Source of the DNA: Rhizobiaceae bacterium
Lineage (GTDB): Bacteria; Pseudomonadota; Alphaproteobacteria; Rhizobiales; Rhizobiaceae
Length of the DNA stretch: 47,147 nucleotides
Assembly: GCA_020696915.1 (NCBI GenBank)
Contig: JAJFMR010000001.1
Coordinates: forward strand, 1 to 47,147
Direction of reading: 5' to 3'
A program made the translations under genes and the position numbers. The first letter of the stretch is position 1. Every line of letters starts with the position of its first letter. The notes beneath the pieces were generated by a model, which saw nothing but the letters and a program-made list of their open reading frames with translations, had not been told where the DNA came from and ran no database searches. Shown piece by piece: positions 20,627 to 28,712 of the stretch.

Positions 20627-20836
20627 TCGATTTCCGTCGATTTCGCGACGGGGCGGCCTGGCCGCCTGTCCGGCATCTATGACAAGTCCGTTCCCCGTCT
20701 CCCCTACGTCATCGCCTATGTGCTGTCGGAGCGGGCCGACCGCGAACGAGTCGTGATCCTGCGCGTCATCCACGTCGCGGGAGTCGCCGGCCGAGGGCTG
20801 GCCTTGAGTTCCCCATCAGCCTTTACCGTTTGTTGA
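20627..20836 (+). pseudogene. relic of a ParE/RelE-family type II toxin gene (C-terminal half only, no start codon, no antitoxin)
   Basis: An open frame without any ATG/GTG start translates to ..[49 protein letters not shown].. This matches the conserved ParE/RelE C-terminal pattern (GRPGR..G.....V..LPY.I.Y.......V.ILRV.H). An in-frame TGA lies at 20624-20626, and only ~90 nt separate it from the gshB start. Confidence 0.55.
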
Positions 20837-20905
20837 AGCGGCCGGGCTAGGCTCGGGTCTCCCGGCGATCAGGTGACGGCCGGTTGCGGAAGGCCGCCCC
20901 CGAAC

Positions 20906-22783
20906 ATGACCGATGTCGCCACGGCAAACGTCCGACCGATGCGTGGCTTAGGCAATGCTGCGGCCTCGCTGCTTGCCGCGCTGGTTTTCCTGGGTCTTCA
21001 CGCCGCCGCCGGGTTCCCGTCGCTCGTCGATGCCGGGAGCGACAATGACAGCCTGCTTCGGCTGGTCGAGGTCCGCGACCTGATCAGCGGCCAGGCATGG
21101 TTCGACCTCACTCAGAACCGCCTCGGCCCCGATGGCGGCGTGACGATGCACTGGTCACGCCTGGTGGACGCGCCGATTGCCGCCATCATGCTTGCCGCTG
21201 CGGTTCTGACCGGCAGCGCCGCCATCGGCGAAGCGGCGGCGCGCGTGCTCTGGCCGGCCGGCCTGTTTTTCGCCGCCATGCTGTTCATGCTGCGCGCCGC
21301 GCGACGCCACGGCGGCGAGGATGCCGTGTTGCCGGCATTGGTGATCGGCGCCGCCGCCCTCCACTACACCGCTGCCTTCGCGCCCGGCGCGCTCGACCAT
21401 CACAATGTCGAGATCGTGCTGGCGCTCGCCACCGTCTCCTTCCTGCTCGAGGCGCTGGCGCGCGGCGGCCTGGCGCCCGGCGCTGCCGCCGGCGCCTGCT
21501 CGGCCTTGATGATGGCTGTGGGCATGGAGGCGCTGCCTTATGTGGCGGCCGGTGGAGCAGCGGCAGCCACAGCCTTCCTTCTCGCTCCGCACCGCATGTG
21601 GCGCACCGCGGCTGGCTTTGGACTTGGCTTGGGCGGGGTTGCCGCGGTGGCCTTTGCCGCCACCGTTTCGCCGGACGCCTGGAGCGCAGCCGAATGCGAC
21701 CGCTTCTCGCTGCCCCATCTCGCGGCGGCGGCGCTGGCCGGCCCCGGGCTGGCGGTGGTTGCCGGCAGTTCGGCCCTGCGTTCGTCGCGCGGCCTTCGGC
21801 TCGCAGCGCTCGCCGGCCTGGCAGCCCTGCTCGCCGGTCTGCTGGCGGCGTTCTTTCCGGCATGTCTCGCGGACCCTTATGCCTCACTCGACCCGCGGCT
21901 GCAGGATCTCTGGCTGGATGCAGTGATCGAGGCGCAGCCGCTGGCCAAGGTTCTGGCGCTCGATCCGGCCATGGCGGCCGGCCATTACGGTCCCCCGGTG
22001 CTGGCGCTGCTTTGCCTGGCTGCTTCGTTCCGCAACGAGCGCCGCTTCTCCGAGGCGGCGGTCATCGGCGCCTTCCTCGGGGCGGCTTTGCTGGTCAGCG
22101 TCTGGCAGATCAGGGGCTCGCTGTTCTCCGTGCCGCTCGCCGCCGTGCCGCTTGCCGCGCTCGTCGCCCGCCGGCGGCAACCTCGTTCCGGGACGGCGCC
22201 CGACACTGCGAAGCTTCTCGCTGCGTGGCTGGGCTCCTTCAGCGTCGTCTGGAGCCTTGCAGCCGGCGGCCTCGTCCGGACGCAGCAGTCGGGGATTGCC
22301 GCAACTCCGAGCGCCACCCTGCCTGGCTCGTGCGGGGCCGAAGGGGATTTCCGCGACCTCGCCGCGCTTCCCTCGACCGGAGTCCTCGTCGTCTCCAATC
22401 TCGGCGCACCGGTTCTCGCATACACGCCGCACCGCGTCCTCGCCGGTCCCTATCATCGCAACGTCGAAGGCAATCTGGCAGCGCTCGACGCCTTCACCGG
22501 AGCTGCCGAAACGGCGCAGGACGTGGTTTGGCGGCACGGCATGACCGTCGTCGCGCTCTGCGCCGGGAATGACGAAACGCGGTTTCTCGCCGGGCATGCG
22601 CCGCACGGATTCCTCGCTGGACTGACACGTGGCGACGTCCCGGGCTGGCTGGAACGCCTGCCCGGCAGTGAGAGCGATTCGTTGCGGTTGTTCCGGGTAC
22701 GGGCTCACCTTAGCGATGTCCCGGCAAAGACTGCGGCAATGGGACCGCAAGCCATGGCCGCGCGTCGACACACGCGGGCCTGA
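20906..22783 (+). CDS. large polytopic inner-membrane protein of unknown function (possibly GT-C-fold glycosyltransferase-like)
   Basis: ~626 aa with many hydrophobic Ala/Leu-rich segments. An acidic loop follows TM1 directly (DAGSDNDSLLRLVEVRD). The C-terminal ~150 aa form a soluble-looking domain. Start is ATG 20906 or GTG 20873. Confidence 0.6.
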   Translation: MTDVATANVRPMRGLGNAAASLLAALVFLGLHAAAGFPSLVDAGSDNDSLLRLVEVRDLISGQAWFDLTQNRLGPDGGVTMHWSRLVDAPIAAIMLAAAVLTGSAAIGEAAARVLWPAGLFFAAMLFMLRAARRHGGEDAVLPALVIGAAALHYTAAFAPGALDHHNVEIVLALATVSFLLEALARGGLAPGAAAGACSALMMAVGMEALPYVAAGGAAAATAFLLAPHRMWRTAAGFGLGLGGVAAVAFAATVSPDAWSAAECDRFSLPHLAAAALAGPGLAVVAGSSALRSSRGLRLAALAGLAALLAGLLAAFFPACLADPYASLDPRLQDLWLDAVIEAQPLAKVLALDPAMAAGHYGPPVLALLCLAASFRNERRFSEAAVIGAFLGAALLVSVWQIRGSLFSVPLAAVPLAALVARRRQPRSGTAPDTAKLLAAWLGSFSVVWSLAAGGLVRTQQSGIAATPSATLPGSCGAEGDFRDLAALPSTGVLVVSNLGAPVLAYTPHRVLAGPYHRNVEGNLAALDAFTGAAETAQDVVWRHGMTVVALCAGNDETRFLAGHAPHGFLAGLTRGDVPGWLERLPGSESDSLRLFRVRAHLSDVPAKTAAMGPQAMAARRHTRA

Positions 22784-22935
22784 CCGGCCATGACGCCCAG
22801 CCTTCGCTTCTGCCGCCGATCGGCGTTGGCCCCGCCGGGTCCCGCTTTTTGCCCCGCCATTGGTCTTGCTCTCGGACCATCCGTATCCGATAAGAGCCGG
22901 CGCCGGAGCGGCAGGGCGCCAGGGAGACTGGACCA

Positions 22936-23703
22936 ATGATGCCGGTGGCACGTTTTCCGGGCCTGGAAGGTGCGTCCGTGCTCATCACGGGCGGCGGCAG
23001 CGGCATCGGCGCGGCGTTGACCGAGGGCTTTGCGGGCCAGGGCTGCAAGGTTGCCTTCATCGACATTGCGGAGGCGCCGAGCCGGGCACTGGCCGACCGC
23101 ATTGCCGCGGCCACCGGCGTACGCCCGCTCCACCTCGGTGCCGACCTGCGTGACGTGCAGGCGTTGCGGGAGGCGGCAGCACGCGCGGCCGCGGCGCACG
23201 GCCCGGTCACCGTGCTGATCAACAACGCTGCCGTGGACGAGCGGCATGCATTCGAGGATGTCGACGTCGACTACTGGGACGGCAATCAGGCGATCAACCT
23301 TCGGCCGCATTTCTTCACCGCGCAGGCGGTGGCGCCCGGCATGAAGGCGGCCGGCGGAGGCTCCATCATCAATTTCACCTCCATCTCCTACATGATGAAT
23401 CATCCCGGCATGCCGTCCTACACGGCCGCCAAGGCGGGCATCGTGGGCCTTACCAAGGGGCTGGCGGGCAGGCTCGGGCCGGACCGGATCAGGGTGAACG
23501 CCATCGCGCCCGGCTGGGTGATCACAGAACGGCAGCGGGAACTCTGGGTCACCGAAGAAAGTCTGGCCGCGCATGTCGGCAGGCAATGCATCCCAGAGGT
23601 GATGCAGCCCGGCGACATTGTCGGTCCGTGCCTCTTCCTTGCCTCGGATGCCTCCCGCATGCTGACGGCGCAGACGCTTGTCGTCGACGGGGGCTATCTG
23701 TGA
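22936..23703 (+). CDS. SDR family oxidoreductase (linked to dgoK/dgoA)
   Basis: 255 aa. Cofactor motif TGGGSGIG, NNAA, catalytic S...YxxxK (SYTAAKAG) and PGWV. GGGAGA SD upstream. Confidence 0.9.
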   Translation: MMPVARFPGLEGASVLITGGGSGIGAALTEGFAGQGCKVAFIDIAEAPSRALADRIAAATGVRPLHLGADLRDVQALREAAARAAAAHGPVTVLINNAAVDERHAFEDVDVDYWDGNQAINLRPHFFTAQAVAPGMKAAGGGSIINFTSISYMMNHPGMPSYTAAKAGIVGLTKGLAGRLGPDRIRVNAIAPGWVITERQRELWVTEESLAAHVGRQCIPEVMQPGDIVGPCLFLASDASRMLTAQTLVVDGGYL

Positions 23704-24632
23704 GTCCAGCGTTCGCCGCGGTCGACTGGGGCACGTCGAGCTTCAGGCTGTGGCTGCTCGATTCGACCGGCGCGGTGCTGGCGGAACGCCGCAGCGGCGA
23801 CGGCTTGGCCAAGGCCGCTGCCGAGGGCTTTGCCTCGGTCCTTTCCCGGCATCTCGATTCCGTGAGGTCGGCTTCCGACACGCCGGTCGTCATCTGCGGC
23901 ATGGCAGGATCCCGGCAGGGCTGGCTGGAAGCCCCTTACGTGGCGGTGCCGGCCCGGCTCGACGACATACTCGCGGGTTCCGTCCCCGTGCCCGGCCAGG
24001 GCCGCGAGGTCCGCATCCTTCCCGGCCTTGCGCAGCGTGCCGCGGACGCGCCGGACGTCATGCGCGGCGAGGAGACGCAGCTTGCCGGAGTGGCGCCGCT
24101 GTTTGCGTCCGGCTCCCATCTCGTCTGCATGCCCGGCACGCATTCCAAATGGGTCGAGGCGAGCGACGGCGTCATCGACAGCTTCGCCACCTACATCACC
24201 GGAGAGCTTTTCGCGCTACTCTCAACGCATTCCATCCTGCGCCATTCGGTCGGCGAAATACCGGCCGCGGCGTCTCCCGACAGCAGCGCCTTCAGGACCA
24301 GTTGCGCCGAAGCCCTGGCGCTCGGCGGCGATATCGGTTCCGCGCTCTTCCGCATCCGCGCCTCCAGCCTGCTGCAGGAGCAGGACGAAAGCGCCGCCGC
24401 CTCGCGGCTATCGGGTCTGCTGATCGGTGCCGAGATCGCCTCGGCGCGCCGCCGCCCCGCCGCAGATCGCCCGGTCATCCTCGTCGCCTCGGGCGCGCTC
24501 GGCCTGCTCTATCGGGCCGGGCTCGAACTCGCCGGCTCGGCGGTTCTCTCGGCGGATGCGGACGAGGCGGTTCGCGCCGGCCTGCTGGCGGCGGCGAAGC
24601 GCCTGGGATGGACGCGCGGGACGACTGGATGA
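23700..24632 (+). CDS. dgoK: 2-dehydro-3-deoxygalactonokinase
   Basis: DgoK pattern: AVDWGTSSFRLWL, CGMAGSRQGW.EAPY, VMRGEETQ, PGTHSKW. GTG 23700 overlaps the SDR stop (GTGA). Confidence 0.85.
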   Translation: MSPAFAAVDWGTSSFRLWLLDSTGAVLAERRSGDGLAKAAAEGFASVLSRHLDSVRSASDTPVVICGMAGSRQGWLEAPYVAVPARLDDILAGSVPVPGQGREVRILPGLAQRAADAPDVMRGEETQLAGVAPLFASGSHLVCMPGTHSKWVEASDGVIDSFATYITGELFALLSTHSILRHSVGEIPAAASPDSSAFRTSCAEALALGGDIGSALFRIRASSLLQEQDESAAASRLSGLLIGAEIASARRRPAADRPVILVASGALGLLYRAGLELAGSAVLSADADEAVRAGLLAAAKRLGWTRGTTG

Positions 24633-25267
24633 GATCCGCCTTTCCCGATTTTCGCCGCCGCCTCGTGGCAATCCTGCGCGGCATTCGCCCGGACGAGGCG
24701 GTGGCTGCCGGATCGGCGCTGTTCGAGGCCGGGATCGAGACGATCGAAGTGCCGCTCAACTCTCCCGAGCCGTTTCGATCGATAGAGAGCCTTGCCCGCG
24801 CCCTGCCGCCGGCCGCGCTGGTCGGAGCGGGAACGGTGCTGACCCCGGCCGATGTCGAGCGGCTCGACCAGGCTGGCGGCCGACTCCTGGTCAGCCCCAA
24901 TATCGACACCGGCGTGCTTGGCCGGGCCCGCGCCTTCGGCATGGTGACCATGCCCGGTGTCTTTACGGCCACGGAAGCTTTGCGCGCGCTCGCCGCGGAC
25001 GCTTCGGCGCTGAAATTCTTCCCGGCCAGCGTGCTCGGCCCGAAAGGAATCGCGGCAGTCCGGGCAGTCCTGCCCGCCGACACGGTGATCGCCGCCGTCG
25101 GAGGCATTTCCGAGAAGGATTTTGCCGATTATGCAAGGGCCGGCGTCAACACGTTCGGTCTCGGTTCCAGCCTCTATTCCCCCGGCATGGACGTCGCTCT
25201 CCTGCGGCAGCGGGCGGCGGCGGCCGTCGACGCGTGGGATGCGGTCTTTGCCGGAGACGGCAGATGA
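24629..25267 (+). CDS. dgoA: 2-dehydro-3-deoxy-6-phosphogalactonate aldolase
   Basis: KDPGal/KDPG aldolase pattern: LVAILRGIRPDEA, IEVPLNSP, GAGTVL, PG..T.TEA, LKFFPA, GGI. ATG 24629 overlaps the dgoK stop (ATGA); ATG 24608 is an alternative start. Confidence 0.85.
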   Translation: MRSAFPDFRRRLVAILRGIRPDEAVAAGSALFEAGIETIEVPLNSPEPFRSIESLARALPPAALVGAGTVLTPADVERLDQAGGRLLVSPNIDTGVLGRARAFGMVTMPGVFTATEALRALAADASALKFFPASVLGPKGIAAVRAVLPADTVIAAVGGISEKDFADYARAGVNTFGLGSSLYSPGMDVALLRQRAAAAVDAWDAVFAGDGR

Positions 25268-25352
25268 TCGTGGCAGCGTTCGGCGCCTTTCCGGAGCGTG
25301 CCGGCACCTCATTGGCCACTCTCCACTGTAGACGGGCGAACCGGCGCGGCCA

Positions 25353-26429
25353 ATGAACGGCTCTCTCCTCCTCGTCTACGAACCGGAGGCAGCCTGCCTG
25401 GCGCGCCTTCTCGCAGCCGGCATCGCCGAGAAGCACGCGCTCGAAATCTCCTCCTACCTTGCCCAGTCGACCGACCTCGCGCCGGAATTTCCGGCGATCT
25501 CGGAAGCCTGTTCCGCCCGCGGGCTGGAGTTCGTGCCTGTTCCCCTCGACGGCGCGCCGCAGGCGCTTGCCGGCTGCGACCGTGAAAGGACCCTGGTGTG
25601 GACGCTGACCGACGGCATCGCCTATTTCCGGGGCAGCACCGGACCGGCGCTCGCCAGGCTCCACGGGCTGAAGACGGTAGGGGCCGACGATTCGGCGTTT
25701 GCGCTATGCCAGGACAAGTTCCGGTCCGGCGCCGTGCTCGCGGCGCTCGGCCTGCCGATCCCGGCAGCGGCGCTGGCCCGCGACGGCATCCTACTTTCGG
25801 CACCGCCGACTGCTGCCGACGGCTATTTCGTCAAGCCGAATCGCCTCGGCTCGAAGGTGGGCATCTGGCCGCAGTCGCGCTGCCGGACGCTGGATGAAGC
25901 GCTCGCGCTCAGCCGCCGCATCTTTGCGGCCTATCGCGACGATGCGCTGGTGCAGGCCTATGTGGCGGGGCGCAACGCGAGGGCAAGTTTCCTGGCCGTC
26001 GAGCCGGGTGCCGGCCTCGATGCGCTCGGCGTGGCCTTCGTCGATTCGGGGAGTGACTTCCAGACCATGGCGGACAGTCTCGCGCTTTACGGAGAAACTG
26101 GGGCACGCACCGCTGCAGAGGGTCGCTATGCCGAGCCCGAGCTCGTCGGCGTTGCCGAGGCCCAACCGGCCGCAGCCGCCGAAATCCGGCGTGTCGCGGA
26201 AGGGCTGATGCGGGGGCTCGGCCTTCGCGACGTATTCTCGATGGATCTGCGCGTGGCAGCCGACGACACGGTCAGCATCATCGAGTTCGAGGTCTGTCCA
26301 GGTCTGCCGTGCTTCGACTTCCGCGCCTATTGCCGATCACGCTGGAGGATGAGCCTCGCGGCAGCCATCGCCGCGACCGCCGCCAATCGTTTCCCGCCTC
26401 GGCAGCGCCGACGAGCACCGGACCTGTGA
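25353..26429 (+). CDS. ATP-grasp domain protein, D-alanine--D-alanine ligase-like, function unknown
   Basis: 358 aa. ATP-grasp landmarks are present: CQDKFRSGAVLAALGLPIP, YFVKPNRLGSKVGI, LVQAYVAGRNARASFL, FSMDLRV...SIIEFEVCPGL. The N-terminal ~100 aa are not Ddl-like. Confidence 0.7.
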   Translation: MNGSLLLVYEPEAACLARLLAAGIAEKHALEISSYLAQSTDLAPEFPAISEACSARGLEFVPVPLDGAPQALAGCDRERTLVWTLTDGIAYFRGSTGPALARLHGLKTVGADDSAFALCQDKFRSGAVLAALGLPIPAAALARDGILLSAPPTAADGYFVKPNRLGSKVGIWPQSRCRTLDEALALSRRIFAAYRDDALVQAYVAGRNARASFLAVEPGAGLDALGVAFVDSGSDFQTMADSLALYGETGARTAAEGRYAEPELVGVAEAQPAAAAEIRRVAEGLMRGLGLRDVFSMDLRVAADDTVSIIEFEVCPGLPCFDFRAYCRSRWRMSLAAAIAATAANRFPPRQRRRAPDL

Positions 26430-26440
26430 CTAAGACAGGT
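26422..26440. terminator. hairpin spanning the two abutting convergent stop codons (possible bidirectional terminator, no U-run)
   Basis: ACCTGT (26422-26427), loop GACTAAG, ACAGGT (26435-26440). The TGA of the ATP-grasp gene (26427-26429) and the TAG of the rlpA-like gene (26430-26432, complement) lie inside it. Confidence 0.3.
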
Positions 26441-26789
26441 GCTTGGCCATGCAGATCTTCGTATGGCCGGATCGGATGAAGTCGAGTTGCTGCGCGGCGG
26501 CCTTGGAAAGGTCGATCACCCGACCTTTGACGAAGGGGCCGCGATCGTTGACGCGCACCACCACCGTCTTGCCGTTGCGCTCGTTGGTGACCTTCAGCGT
26601 GGTGCCGAACGGCAGCGTGCGGTGGGCGGCGGTGAGCGCGGCCGGGTTCATGCGCTCGCCCGAGGCGGTCTTGGACGTCAGCGCATACCACGAGGCGCTG
26701 CCGCATTGAGCCGCCGCGCCGTTTGACGCGGCAAGCATCGTACCGACCGCGAGCGTAGCTGCGCCGGCGGCGTTACCGACCTTCTTCAT
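26430..26789 (-). CDS. septal ring lytic transglycosylase RlpA-family (DPBB domain) protein, small secreted form
   Basis: 119 aa. Signal peptide, then GSASWY...[49 protein letters not shown], the classic RlpA double-psi beta-barrel pattern. Confidence 0.85.
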   Translation of the reverse strand: MKKVGNAAGAATLAVGTMLAASNGAAAQCGSASWYALTSKTASGERMNPAALTAAHRTLPFGTTLKVTNERNGKTVVVRVNDRGPFVKGRVIDLSKAAAQQLDFIRSGHTKICMAKHLS

Positions 26790-27053
26790 GGATGTCCCAC
26801 TCCGTTAACAAAGATGACGAAACGGTTAACGGGGGAAAAAGGCCCTCAAATGAGGCAGGCAGAGGGCGGTTCCATGGCGCTGCAACACGATTGGATTCGG
26901 CTGGAAACACTCGGTGCGCGACGCAGGACCGCGAATGCCCGCACGGAGATCGAGGCCCGGCGCCGCCCTGCCATGGCGCGGCGCCGCCGGCATTCGCCGA
27001 CTGTGTGGAGGCCGAGGAAGCTACATACGAGAGTTAGGGGTCAGCGATCGTTG

Positions 27054-27365
27054 CTAGCCGCCGGTCCGCTTCGGGTTCGCGGCAGATTTTCCAGGCTTGC
27101 TGCGGCCCTTGCCATCCGCACTGGCGCTTCCGGCGCCTGTGCCGGAGACCGGCAGCGAGCCTCCCTGCTGCTCCCGGCCCCTGCTGCGAGTTTTGGCCGT
27201 ACTGCGTGCTGGCGCTTCGCCGCCCGGTTGCAACGTCGCTGCCTCGCCGTCGATCTCGCGGACGGCGCGCTCCCAATGCTCGGCATCCTTGCCGTGAGGT
27301 CGTCCTTCGCGCTCCCAGATCTCATGGGCGCGCCGCCTGATGCGTTGGTCTCTGTCGTCCGACAT
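27054..27365 (-). CDS. DUF2934 domain-containing protein
   Basis: The N-terminal RIRRRAHEIWEREGRPHGKDAEHWERAVREI is the DUF2934 signature. The tail is basic and low-complexity. I chose ATG 27365; the ORF is open to 27377. Confidence 0.75.
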   Translation of the reverse strand: MSDDRDQRIRRRAHEIWEREGRPHGKDAEHWERAVREIDGEAATLQPGGEAPARSTAKTRSRGREQQGGSLPVSGTGAGSASADGKGRSKPGKSAANPKRTGG

Positions 27366-27807
27366 GTCAGCCTCCATCCTGGGTCCACCGAATCGCGCCG
27401 GAACGGCCTGGTTCCGTCATTGTAAAACCGGTCCGAGCGACGCCGCGGCCAGCAAGCGCCCGGAACGCGACAATATGACGCGGTGCGGCATGGCGCCCTC
27501 GAAACTGCCCCGACGCGACCCTGCGTGTCGCCGGCGTGACCGGGCCAGCCCGCTGATCGCGCTGTTCGAGTTCCGCGCGATGGGCCGATCCCGCACTCCG
27601 CCGCAGGGTAACGGCTCGCGCAGCAGCGGTCCACGAAGATTCGTCGGCACGCGACAGGGCTGGGCGTCGCCTGCATTGTTGCGTTCCGCGCGTTCCCCGA
27701 GCGGCATGCATGCGGGTCCGCCAGCCTCTGGAATTCGGCCGGACTCTGGGGATATGATGCCATGGTTCCCACGGCTCTGCGTCGCCGGGGGATTGGAGGA
27801 ACTGGGG

Positions 27808-28623
27808 ATGGCGATCGCGCTGGTACTCGTTCTGGTCGTGGCAGGCTCAATCCTGTTTCACGTCTTCAGTCCCTGGTGGTGGACGCCGATCGCCTCCAAT
27901 TGGGCCTATATCGACCACACGATTTCGATCACCTTCTGGATCACCGGCATCGTGTTCGCGGCCGTGGTCCTGTTCATGGCCTACTGCGTCTATCGATTCC
28001 GCCATCGCGAGGGCAATCGGGCCGACTACGAGCCGGAGAACCGGCGCCTGGAAACATGGCTGACGGTCGTCACCGGTGTCGGCGTCGCTGCCATGCTGGT
28101 GCCCGGCCTTTTCGTGTGGAGCCAGTTCGTCACCGTGCCGGCCGACGCCACCGAGGTCGAGGTGATCGCCCAGCAGTGGCAGTGGAGCTTCCGGCTGCCT
28201 GGGGCGGACGGAAAGCTGGGCACGTCCGACACGACGCTGGTCACCGGCGAAAATGTGCTCGGGGTCAATCCTGAAGACACCAACGGTCAGGACGACGTCG
28301 TCGTGTCGGCCGCCGACCTCCATTTGCCGATCGGCAAGCCGGTGAAGATGCTGCTGCGCTCCATCGACGTGCTGCATGATTTCTACGTGCCGGAATTTCG
28401 GGCCAAGATGGACATGATTCCCGGCGCGGTGACCTACTTCTGGTTCACGCCGACCCGCACCGGCACCTTCGAGGTTCTGTGCGCGGAACTCTGCGGCACC
28501 GGCCACGCCTTCATGCGCGGCGTCGTCATGGTCGACACCGACGAAGACTATCTCGCCTGGCTGGGCGAGCAGCAGACATTCGCGCAGATGTCCGCGCCGC
28601 AGCAGACGGGAATGGCAGACTAA
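27808..28623 (+). CDS. coxM: cytochrome c oxidase subunit II (CuA-containing, no fused cytochrome c domain), CoxM-type
   Basis: Two N-terminal TM helices. CuA ligands are present in HDFYVPEF and CAELCGTGHAFM. ATG 27808 is preceded by GGAGGA (27795-27800). The longer ORF from 27340 is Arg/Pro-rich and unlikely to be coding. Confidence 0.85.
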   Translation: MAIALVLVLVVAGSILFHVFSPWWWTPIASNWAYIDHTISITFWITGIVFAAVVLFMAYCVYRFRHREGNRADYEPENRRLETWLTVVTGVGVAAMLVPGLFVWSQFVTVPADATEVEVIAQQWQWSFRLPGADGKLGTSDTTLVTGENVLGVNPEDTNGQDDVVVSAADLHLPIGKPVKMLLRSIDVLHDFYVPEFRAKMDMIPGAVTYFWFTPTRTGTFEVLCAELCGTGHAFMRGVVMVDTDEDYLAWLGEQQTFAQMSAPQQTGMAD

Positions 28624-28712
28624 CGGCCTGTCACGGGGAGGAACGCGACAGGCCGGGAAACGGGAAGGCCGGGGTTGTCCCTGACCTGCCGAACGAACGA
28701 GGAGACGTTCCG

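Noticed and set aside
26805-26829. Two TTAA half-sites upstream of the rlpA-like gene, considered as a possible CtrA box
   Set aside because: The spacing is 17 nt, not the canonical 7 nt. It is better described as a GTTAAC-containing inverted repeat (reported separately).
27378-27807. FNR/FixK box (TTGAT-N4-ATCAA) expected upstream of an alternative oxidase
   Set aside because: I read the region on both strands and found no acceptable match, so no such site is reported.
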